A stretch of 64,000 nt of DNA from Spirogloea muscicola (lineage: Eukaryota): assembly GCA_009602725.1 (NCBI GenBank), contig WELB01000010.1, positions 636,535 through 700,534 on the forward strand, in the 5' to 3' direction. This document shows positions 1 to 9,751 of this stretch, one piece after another (within the stretch, counting starts at the first letter, position 1; each line of letters starts with the position of its first letter). A program made the position numbers and the translations under genes. Under the pieces are notes generated by a model. That model saw only the letters and a program-made list of their open reading frames with translations. It searched no databases and was not told where the DNA came from.

Positions 1-56
1 TGACAGGGTAGCCAAAGCATTTCACAGCTTTCAATGTCACCAACTCCTACCCTGAC

Positions 57-1545
57 CTTGTCTGTAGGATCTGGCACCTTCTCAGCCTCCCCAAGATACA
101 CAATCCTTGACGACATCAACCTCTGCCACACTCGAGTTTTGTCGCCAATGGTTCCTGGTTCACCAAGGATAGTCGCATCATACACTCTTGATGCCTTGGC
201 CTGCAAAAGTTCCGAGACCCAGGGTCATAAGATGCAGACAAGATAGTATCCCGTCTCAGTGTGACTGCAATCCTGTCTGCTTCCTGTGCTGCACTAAATC
301 TGTACCCAAAAAGTTCGACATGTACGATGCTACATCAACAAAAGAGACAAAGTGCAGCTCAAGAAAGTCGGAGCAGCATCAACACTCCGTACACCAGACT
401 ACGTCATGAATGACTTAGAGAACTTGAAGAGCATCTTGAGGTGGTTGAGGCAGCATCAGAACCTCAATGCCTACCTTAGCTGCAGCAGCCATGACAGGGT
501 TGTTGGCAACATCACCCAGGAGCCAAAACTTCCCTGCCGTGTTTGCCTGCCCCGGAGCTTGTGCTGCAGCCTGTGCCAAACCTGCCTCTGCCAGACTTGC
601 TGCTCCCAAGCCTGCAATAGTCATGGCAAGGAGCCCACGCCTGCTCGATGCCCACTGCTTCCTTGATTGTGTTGCTTCAGAGTCCGCAGCACATGTCGAG
701 GTTGACGCAGGTTCATCACAGGGAACAGTAGAAGGGCGCTCTAGAGCAGTCTCCTGGCCCTGGCTGCTGCAAGCAGCAGCTCTGCCTGTTTCTATGCCGC
801 AGCCCAGCTCTGCCGTGCTTGCTTTCGCAGAGTAGACCCTCCTCTTCTTGTTGGATGGCACCGAGTCAATGCCTGCTGGCTCTGGGCTGGTGGCACCAGC
901 AAAGTCTAGTCTGCGCCCAGCCTTGCCATCGCTGCAGCCAATGTGTCCGCCAACGAACGAGCTGGCTAGCCTGCGCCGCTGCTCGCGAAGGGAAGAGCCA
1001 TGGTCCTTGAAGCTCTCAACCTGGACCAATATTTTGGGGGGCTGCCTCCTCGCTTCAGCCTGCGCTAGTGAGCCTTTGCGAGACGGGGAGGAGCTCGAGA
1101 GGCAAGACGACCCAGAGGCAGCATACGGGGGCATGCGCCTGGGGGACGCGCGAGGGGAGTGGCACGGGGAGGACGCCGTGGACGAGGACGGCGAGCAAGC
1201 CGGGCTTGCGGGCATGGAGCTGCGCACATCGAGCCACCGGCTGCGAGGACTGCCGTAGACGGCCTCCAGAGGGGCTGGCAGAGTGGCCAGCATGGCTGGA
1301 AGGGCAGTGGGTAGGAAACAGGGCGAGAGATGTAGGAAACAGTGGGCCGAGGCTGGGAGGCGATCGGCTCCGGTCGCCTGGGCTGCAGGCAGCTGCCTCA
1401 GCAGCCGCCTGAGCGGGCGCAGCGCGAGGCGAGGACGGGGCCGCCGCGGGCGCGCAGGCGGGCGCTGGCCGAGCAGGCGGCGGGGCCGGGGCGGAGCTGG
1501 CCGGACATCTGGCACGGGCTCGTGGGGTGCCGCGGGCGCAGCCAT
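57..1545 (-). CDS. RER5: RETICULATA-RELATED 5/6-like thylakoid protein, 5' part; gene continues off the left edge
   Basis: Exon 57-200 translates [48 protein letters not shown], matching the recalled RER5/RER6 motif SRIYDAT.IGEP...VW..L..AR.VYLGEAE.VP. Exon 475-1545 has a Ser/Pro-rich transit peptide and a twin-arginine signal ([19 protein letters not shown]). GT-AG intron 201-474 is phase 0. Start could be ATG 1545 or 1293. Confidence 0.85.
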
Positions 1546-1569
1546 GGCGGCGCGGCTGGCTGGTGAGAA

Positions 1570-1650
1570 AGACGAGGCTGCTGATGTCAAACGAGCGGCG
1601 GTAATCGGCGGCCAGATGGTGCTCATGGCACGCATTAGCGGAGCCACGGG
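1570..1650 (-). repeat. Diverged family-B retrotransposon 3' end
   Basis: Reverse complement reads GTGGCTCCG..CATCTGGCCG..CCGCTCGTTTGACATCAGCAGCC, similar to the family-B ends at 9395-9490 and 34608-34700. Confidence 0.6.
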
Positions 1651-1780
1651 AGCAGCCGCCGTTAGGGAAGATGCGCTTCGCGTGGCTCCGCCTGACGGGG
1701 AGCTCCCCCCCCGCCTTTATCCAGTCCGCCACCAATGACCACTACGAGCCCGCCACGCGGCCCTTCCCGCCGCCCACCGT

Positions 1781-2504
1781 CCAATCACCCGCCTAGCGCG
1801 GGCGGCGGGGCACTCGCACGTGCCAGTTGCCCATCAATTGGGCGCCGCGTGGCGGGCTCGGTGAAGCACGTGCCGCTGCGAGAAACTGGCGGGGGGTCGA
1901 CGTGGGGGGGCGCGCGGCCAGAACGTTCAGGCTTGGGGCGGGACACGCGGCGCGCCGCGGCGCCGCCCGACAGTTGGGCTAGACTCGGTCCAAGGCCCCA
2001 CGTCGGCGCTTGGGCACTCTTTTGTTTCTTGGCATGCGCCCCCGAGATCTCTGAAGCCGCCACCGCGCCCGCGATGGTTCGGCTGGGCGCCTCGTTCGGC
2101 AGGACAGCTGTCAGCGCGCAGGGCTGGGCTTCCACCTCCCCACAGGCGCGGCGTTTGTGGGGGCCTGCGTGTGGTCACCGTGGCGTGTGGCGTGTGGCTT
2201 GTCCACTACTATGGGCTGGCCATTCACAACCATTGCTTGTGGATGTTGGAAGGAGGTGTTTACTTTCTTTCGTTTCTCGTGCATCGCCACACGGTCAGCA
2301 AGTGAGCTTGTCGATGGGGGTATGGTTTAGGGTTTCGGGTTACGTGGGTTAGGGCTTTTCACAGCGGGGGGCTTGTGAAAGGAACGAACAAGGTTTCAGA
2401 GCCGAAAGCCGCTAAGATTACACAGACTATCGCGACGCTCAGGAAGCTCGCGAGGCCCAGCAAGGGTTGACCACGGAGGGCGACAGCCGGCTACCGGACG
2501 TGGC
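1781..2504. promoter_or_regulatory. Divergent promoter region with G-box/ABRE/CE3-like motifs, CCAAT and a telo-box
   Basis: CACGTG at 1817 and 1867; CCGCGTGGC 1845; ACGTGG 1900; GACACGCGG 1942; ACGTGGC 2498; CCAAT 1781; TAGGGTTT 2328. Lies between oppositely oriented starts at 1545 and 2782. Confidence 0.4.
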
Positions 2505-2781
2505 ACAATACAGCCGTCCCGTCTCCGTTGGGCTCACCGCTCCGCCGGCCGGAGCTTTCCCTTGCGAGTGACGTTACTACGTCTGAGACATGTGACGAGC
2601 GACGGTTGAGGCGAGGCGACTGTCCAACTTAACCCCGGGCGACGAAGTCGGCCGGCGAGGTCGGTGTGTCCCCGCTCGCCCTACGCTTGAGCCCCCGGCA
2701 CGAACTGCGCCTCCCGCGCTTCCGTCGCAGCGCTGCTCCTCCCACAGGTCTCAGCGGCCGCACTTCCTCGAGAGGGAGACG

Positions 2782-4934
2782 ATGGTGAAGACTGTGCTCT
2801 TCGTCTGCACTTCGCGGGACAAGCTCAGTGATGGCAAGCCGACGGGCTGCTGGTACGGCAACTGCGATTCCTGGGACGGAACGTCTGTGGCATGCAGTAG
2901 TGCTTCCCGTCTTGTGACTAGTTAGCCAAAATCGGAAGTGCTTGCGGACGTGGTACTGCTTTTAGGGCTACCTCTGTTCACCTTGCGAGCTGGCTCCTTC
3001 GACCTCGCCCTGCTCGTACCTTGCTCAGCTCCTTATGTGGACCAGGTCTTAGTGGCAGGTAGAGTAGCTTCTGACTAGACAGTGCGGTGAGCTTGTGACA
3101 GGGTAGAGGAGGTAGCAGCTCCCTATTACGTTCTCACGGACGCACTTGTTGATGTTGAGGTTGCAAGCATTCAAGGAGGCAAGGTACCATGGGGTGAGTG
3201 TCACCATTGCCAACTGCCGAGCTCGCGCATAGCAAATGCAGTTGCACATCAGCAAGCCCCTTCTCCACTTTCCTCTCTCAGCTTGCTTGCAAAACCACAA
3301 GTCAAGATGATAACAGTTCCTGAGGCATTCCCGCTAATTTCAGGAATGCGCTGCCTGATGAATTTGTATTCATTCTTTGGGGATATCGTGACCTTGAGGA
3401 TTTCAGGATTCCACAAGCACTTTAACGATTGACAGTATTTCTGGCATGATGTAACTTCCGGTGACTTCCAGATGAAGCCAGCCTGTCGGGCGATTTCGTG
3501 ACCAACTTCGTTAGGAAATTCCAATCAGATGGTGAGCACCGCACAGCATGCTATAGTTCGAATGCAGGTTGCGATGCAGGTGGTGGAGCTACATCGTATG
3601 AGACTAGACTCATCACCTGCCCCTGCAGTCTCAGTCATTTTTCATAGTCATTCTGTGTCGAAGTGTTGTCCTATTGTACAGTTCCTCGCAGTAACCCTTG
3701 CTTATGTGTATGCTTCAGTGCTCTGTCCAGGACAGAAGCATATCTGAGAACCATGCTTAAAATCAGTGTACTTGGTTCTGTATTGCAGAGACTCTGCAGA
3801 GCAAGTGCAACAACTCAAAAGCATTGAAGGATGTGTGTGGGAACACTTATGATGCCGTCTTTCTACCTGGTAAGGTCAGTAGAATGTGTACTGGACCTCT
3901 TCAGGCGTGCATAATAAATGCTCGGTTCTAGATTTAGCCAGCATGTCCTAATGACAATCCAGAAGTTGACTTTATAAAGGACGTAAGGTGAAAGCTATGT
4001 CCTACTGCAGCTTAGAGATTGGTCACCTGTACGCTGCGTACTGGATTGAGGGCCTGCTTATCCTCCACGATGTATCCAGGTGGACATGGCATTGCATTTG
4101 ATGGTCCTGGAAACAAGGATCTGGCTGCACTGTTGAGCAAGACGTGGAAGGATGGTCATGTCGTGGCAGCTGTTTGTCATGGTCCGTGCGGTCTCGTTGA
4201 TGCTGTCACACCTGATGGTGTGCCGATTGTGAAGGGGAAAAAGGCAAGTAACATCAGACTAGTCAAGGTCATTGTGGTGCTATGTGCAGCCAAAAGCAGT
4301 ATGCTGTCAGAGCTTCTCACATGCTAGGCGTGGCCCTCGTGTGACTGGCAACCTAACTGCAGATCACAGGCTTCAGCAACTCCGAGGAGGAGGCAGTAGG
4401 AAAGACGGATGTTGTACCCTTCCTTCTGGAGGATAAGCTGAAGGAGCTTGGTGGGAAGTACGACAAGGGCCAGAATTGGGTAAGTTGCTACTGCTGGCTG
4501 GCTGATTCAGATATCGACCTTGAACTCTGACCCCAAGCAGACCCTGTTGTCGTCAGCAACAGCTGGTTGTCACAGTGACAGCACTGCCCTACTTTGCTTG
4601 ACCTTGTGCTACTACTTGATCTGATGATGGTATATTATGTTTACAACAGTTGCAGCCAGATATCTATTGCAGGGAGAGATTTCACATGCATGCTGAATTC
4701 ATTGCAAATTCAATTGTTAAACATCATATGCTGGTCTTGCAAATTTGGGTTACCTTGGAATGAGGTGTCTTGCTCCTGGTAACACTGAAGCTAACCTACC
4801 GCTTGGTGCAGGCCGAGTATGCAGTTGCTGATGGCCTCCTCATCACTGGTCAAAACCCCCAAAGTTCTCAGAAAGTTGGCAAGCTGATATGTGAAGCTCT
4901 TGGCGTGGAAGAGTCGAAGGGTAAATTCGTCTGA
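2782..4934 (+). CDS. Single-domain DJ-1/PfpI (Hsp31/glyoxalase III-like, type 1 glutamine amidotransferase fold) protein
   Basis: Seven exons (2782-2852, 3102-3193, 3472-3531, 3789-3869, 4080-4243, 4363-4479, 4812-4934) splice in frame: TGCWVEEVAAPYY, YDAVFLPGGHG, AAVCHGP, ITGFSNSEE, VPFLLEDKL, LITGQNPQSS. Intron 4244-4362 is GC-AG. Confidence 0.92.
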
Positions 4935-6004
4935 CAGAGGCGCTCACAAGTAGTTTAGAAATTGGATGGACATTCTGCTGTTGCCCTGTGGCTCCTTGGT
5001 GCATCCTTGCAGCCATTGACTTCTATGGAAGGTTATTGTACTACTACTTGGCGAGTTGACGAGGTTTTTGATTGTGCAAGATTTACAGTTGCCTGTAGTC
5101 GTCTGCTACAGTCTTTTGCACACCTCACCTGTTACACTTCACTTGCTGGATCTCTTACAGTCGAGTCCTTTTTTGACAAACGTATGTGGAAAGCAAGTTT
5201 GGCCGTTGCCTTCCTGATTGCATGATGTGTTCTGCTTGGTATTGAGAAGGTCAAACCACATTGAGGTCAAGTTGCCCCAGGGACTTGTGCTGCTCGTGGG
5301 TGTAATTTCTATGACCAGCACCAGGAGAAGACCTTTCTTACAGGCAGCCTCCGCAGCTTTTGTAAGTAAGTCGTGGACAGTGAATTCTGGGAAATGGAAC
5401 CTGCAGTTGGGGGGGTCTGCAGTTGGACCGGTCAGCAGCGCAGTCTCATTGACCGGCGCGCTTGGCTCAGGTCTATCGACAAACTTCTTGTTTTGTCTAG
5501 CAATCCAGGCGTTCATCTGCGTGCTGGCCGTGCCTTGGCTGCCGCAGGAGCATGTGAGCAGGACAATTCCTCCCCTAGACAAGGCTGAGCATACTTGCTG
5601 ATGCAATGACGACGATATTTGACAGCAGCAACCTGGTGCCACGGGCCATGACAAATGACACACCCGTCGCCATGGTAAACTCAAGGATGTAAGTCAAGCG
5701 GACCACCTGCAAGAGGTTTTCCAACGACAGCATAAGTGCACGCTGCGTTTGGGGCTTGACAGCTACTTGCGTCTGACGAGCGGTGGCGCGAAGACGGGCA
5801 TGTCGTGCGATATCCCGTCGGTGGCTCATTTGCGGACGTGGCTGTTCACGTGGCTATCCTAGAGCGCGTCATTCCTCAATTTGGTGAGAAGATGGGGTCG
5901 CGAGCGCGGCATCACCCGCTTCGGTCAAGACGATACGCCCAGATCTGGCTCGGTGCTGGCGCACCACCGATGCGCAGCAGTTGCCTTCTCCATCAACGGC
6001 GTTC

Positions 6005-6330
6005 AGAGAAGAGAGAAGGGCTCGCCCATTGAGGATAGGGGCTGGAAAAGCCAGCCCAGAAAAGAGTGTACAAAGGACGAGAAGGGGCCAGGGGAAGTAC
6101 GAAGAACAACAAGCACAGAAAAGAAACGAAGCAGCTACGAAGCACTCAGTAACCCCTGCTAAGCAGCCTCAGGTCAGAGAGACTGGGTTCCTGGAAGCGG
6201 GTCCCCTGGCCAGAGCCAGAGGCAGCAGCGAGGGCTCTGCCTGCACGCAGGTGCAGCGCGCGGGCCATAGACCTCTGCAGCGAGACGGCCAAGCGCATGC
6301 GGTACAGCATGCAGAGCAGTGCCCACCTTG
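6005..6330 (-). mobile_element. CRE-like non-LTR 3' fragment, family D
   Basis: Encodes YRMRLAVSLQRSMARALHLRAGRALAAASG..SLSDLRLLSRGY. Its 3' UTR matches 37480-37625, contains GGGCTGG-CTTTT-CCAGCCC and ends GAGCCCTTCTCTCTTCTC. Confidence 0.75.
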
Positions 6331-6564
6331 CCAACCAGACCATACAGAGCCCCTCAATCAGAGGCCGAGAAAGCTGATGAAAGCACGTCGAAGGTGTGAT
6401 ATGCCTCGATGAGCCGTGAGGGACCGGCTGGGCAGTGGTGGGGAAACGGTATGTAGTGGTAGATGCGAGTCTCGGGCTACACTGGCCTTGAGACCTGGGG
6501 GACCAGATGGGCCAAATGGCCACCCCAACAAACGATGTAATCCTTTATCTGACCAAGCATGGTG

Positions 6565-7286
6565 AATGCGGCTGCTGATATTAAAAGAGCGGCTGTGAAA
6601 GCCAGCCAGATCCATACAGGTGTTCTTGACGGAGCCACAGGCTAGGCAGACAGGGCGCCCTTAGTTACCCGGGTCAGCAGTACGAAGTCAGATGAGCTGA
6701 GGGGACAAGAGCAACCCCGCTGCGCACGACAGAGGCTGCTGCAAGGGCGCGACCGGCGCGGCGGCGCAAAGCAAGCGCTTGGGAGCGCTGGAGGGACATA
6801 GACAATCGCATGCGGTAGCAGGACACAAGACCCTAAAAACACCGAGCCTCCAGGAGAGAGAAGGCGCGCGGTGCGCATGAAATTGAAAGGGAGGCCAATA
6901 CTAGCCTTACAAATGTCCTGTTAACTGGGTAATGAGCTGGCTAAGGGGGACACTCAATATCCCCGAGTGAGCACATGCATATCTGACAAGCTATACTGAG
7001 GCGCCAACCCACCACCACGGAAGCCATTTCCCTGTTCTAATGCACGACCAGCACGCTGGTGTACCGCGAGTGCCTGGGAGCGCTGTAGACTCAATGATAG
7101 TCGCATTCTATAGCATGCAACGATGGCTTGCGGGACGCTAGAATGCCCCAAGCTATCCGCCCGACTACCCGCCCGACCCGAAGTGCTGCACCCTGTTCCC
7201 GGCGTCGCTGGTCAGCTTGAGATGCCAGCAGCGAAAGTAACGAGGACCAATGACCCCCGTGACACCCGTGGATGTCCATGGCCAGG
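6565..7286 (-). mobile_element. CRE-like family-B fragment interrupted by a family-A insertion at 6855-7180
   Basis: 6565-6854 plus 7181-7286 rejoin to match the uninterrupted copy at 9100-9490. The insert closely matches 50525-50840. Confidence 0.85.
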
Positions 7287-7981
7287 AGAGAAAGGCGCGC
7301 GGGGCGCATGAAATGAAAAGGGAGGCCAATTCAAGCCAATACACAGTTCAAGCAGAGGCGAGTGCAAACTAAACAAGGCTACATAATATAGAGACCTAAA
7401 CTAAGGTGCCTAAGTTGACATTATTACCCACGGGAGAGCACAAACAAATCGGATAAGCTAACTTGGGGAGCTGGAGCGCCGCCACGAAAGCCGGAGGCCC
7501 GACTTAGAGCGCGCCCTGCACGTTGATGAAGAGCCAAGGCTTGCGAGCGCAGCAAACAAAGCGAGAGCCGCATTCTATAGTATGCAACTAAGGCCTGTGG
7601 AATGCTGGAGTGGCCCAAGCTGCCAGGGGGTAAAAGGCATCACCCGGGACGCCAACCAGATCTACACGCCTCGTCCGAGGGACTTCGTTGCGGAGTTGGA
7701 CGGGCATCACCCCGGTGCTCTCCAACGCCACTTGATATCCCGCCTCCTTGACGATGCCATGCATCGCATCCCGTAGGAGGTTGTGGGAGCCCGTGCGCTC
7801 ACTGCCTTTGGCACACCGGAGCATGTGGTCACCCATGAGCAATGCATCATGCTCAACAAACCCACATTTACATTGGGTCACCCCTGCCAAGCACAGGGAT
7901 GGTAAGCCAAGACGGCGGCGCATAGCATCGCAAAACAAAGCATTTTCCATCCGCAAGCCCGCTTGCAAAAAGCATAAGGGG
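7287..7981 (-). mobile_element. CRE-like family-A fragment with zinc knuckle and start of the restriction-like endonuclease
   Basis: ORF 7588-7968 reads FCDAMRRRLGLP..CKCG..GDHMLRC..RTGSHNLLRDA..AGYQVALE..RRVDLV, i.e. CxC..H..C plus H..RD..E..RxD, typical of RLE non-LTR C-termini. It is followed by the tail peptide YYRMRLSLCLLRSQALALHQRAGRAL and the A-type 3' UTR. Confidence 0.8.
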
Positions 7982-8865
7982 TGTAGAGGACCGGGGCCGA
8001 GTAGTTCACTCGGCTCAGTCTCTTCCTCTGGATGTCGCCAACCTTTGCCGCAGCCGCTGCCGTCGCCGCCGGCGCTGCTGCATCAGTAGGCGTAACGCGC
8101 GCGCCCATATGCCCATGCCAAGAAGGAGTGGGCATAGGAACGAGACGCAACGTCCACTAAAGAGCCTTACCCCGAGGAGCTCCGCATACGGTTGCGTGAG
8201 ACCGGCTCGCACTTGGTAAGCCGCGAATACTGCGACCTTGTGTGTGTTCAGATTGCAGCCTCAAACACCGTCTCGAGCTGCTTAGGGGCTGTTGCATGAC
8301 ATTGCTTCAGCATCCCTTGTGCTGGCATTCCTTGACTTCGTGCCGGATCGCGGTTCTAAGCGTGCGAGGGGTCATTCCTCACTACAACAGAGGCGCACTT
8401 GAGCAATCTGCAGCCGGTTCTACCTTCAACAAACGTTTAATCAACATGTCGCAAGGCGACAGGCCTCGCTATCAAGGTGTACCGGGCGGGGTATCCCTGG
8501 CCGAGGTCAGGGAGCATTATGATGCACAGTGTGTACAGTTGAGAATCAAGGGCAGCACTATCAGTCAGAAAGACTCCATGACTTTGTTTAGTCCTTACAT
8601 GGCTATGCAAGCGGGTGATGTGTTTAGAAGACTGAAAGAGTCACTTTTAGCAATGACTAAACCTATTCCTGCCGACGCAACCCCTGCGGAGAAAGCTCTG
8701 GATCCACAGTTGATTGAAGATCCGGTGGGTGAGATGTGTAGGCGACTTGCTGAACACTTTCCAGTCAATACTCTGGTTCACAAACAGGAATCAATGAAGT
8801 TCTGTCGCAAGCCTGGTGAATCGGTCACTAGATATTATTACCGTTTCAAAAAGTCATTGAGCAGT
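7982..8865 (+). mobile_element. LTR retrotransposon relic: putative 5' LTR (7982-8211), PBS-like site and truncated gag
   Basis: TGTAG...CA segment followed 2 nt later by TGGTAAGCCGCG. ATG near 8446 opens a peptide ending FCRKPGESVTRYYYRFKKSL, resembling the retrotransposon gag motif (Q..GESV..Y..RF..L). The adjacent CRE fragment appears to stop at 7981. No second LTR or pol seen. Confidence 0.55.
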
Positions 8866-8899
8866 CAGAGACCTCGTGTCTGGCTCAGGTGCTTGACGT

Positions 8900-9670
8900 T
8901 CGCCTTCATTAGTCGGGGGGCAGCTTGGGGCATACTAGAATTCCGCAGGCATCAGTTGCCTGATGCGGCTCTCTATAGGTTTGCATCGCTCCAAGATCGT
9001 GGCCATTCAACAGCGTGCTGGGCGCGCACTAAGCCAGGCTTCTGGCGGTGCTCCGGCTCCCTTCGTTACCCTGTTGATTCTGTTATGTGCTTCTATTATG
9101 TGTGTTTATGGGTGTTACGGGGGTCGGTGGTCCTCGTTACTTTCGCTGCTGGCATCTCAAGCTGACCAGCGGCGCCGGGAACAGGGTGCAGCCCTTCCCG
9201 GTGGCTCGGTGCCTTTGGGTCTTGTGTCCGCTACCGTATGCATTTGTCTATGTCGCTACAGCGTTCCCAAGCGCTTGCTTTGCATCGCCGCGCTGGTCGT
9301 GCCCTTGCAGCAGCCTCTGGCTTGCGCAGCGGGGTTGCTCTTCCTCCCCTCAGCTCATCTGACTTCCTACTGCTGACACGGGGTTACTAAGAGCGCCCTG
9401 GCTGTCTAGCCTGTGGCTCCGTCATGAACACCTGTATGCATCTGGCTGGCTTTCACAGCCGCTCTTTTAATATCAGCAGCCGCTTTCCTTTATGTGCTCA
9501 CTCGTCGGTAAAAATGCTCCCTTCGACTATGCTTTCGCCGTGTTACTTTAGTTACCCTTGTTGCCTAGGCCTTCGCTTTGTGTAGCCCCACTCTGCGCGC
9601 TTTTTTTTGCCTGAACATTGTATAGGCTAGGCTTTGGCCTCCCTCCATTCATGCCGCGTGCCTTCTTTCT
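8900..9670 (+). mobile_element. Tandem CRE-like 3' fragments (A-like, intact B at ~9090-9490, A-like end)
   Basis: Peptides MRLSIGLHRSKIVAIQQRAGRALSQASG and GCYGGRWSSLLSLLASQADQRRREQG. 9395-9482 is identical over 88 nt to 34608-34695. Confidence 0.8.
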
Positions 9671-9751
9671 GAGCGCCTTTTTTCGGAGAAGGCACATCGT
9701 TGTTGTGAGCAGTTCCAGCGGCTGCATGGGCGTTGGCCAGAAAGACTCTGG

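Noticed and set aside
5139..5684. 181-aa minus-strand ORF, with a VHLRAGRALAAA match on the plus strand
   Set aside because: No recognisable family. The similarity to the retrotransposon tail spans only about 35 nt, too short to call.
8242..9165. 307-aa ORF treated as one gene
   Set aside because: Chimeric: only ~8446-8865 is gag-like, and the remainder reads through CRE-like fragments out of frame.
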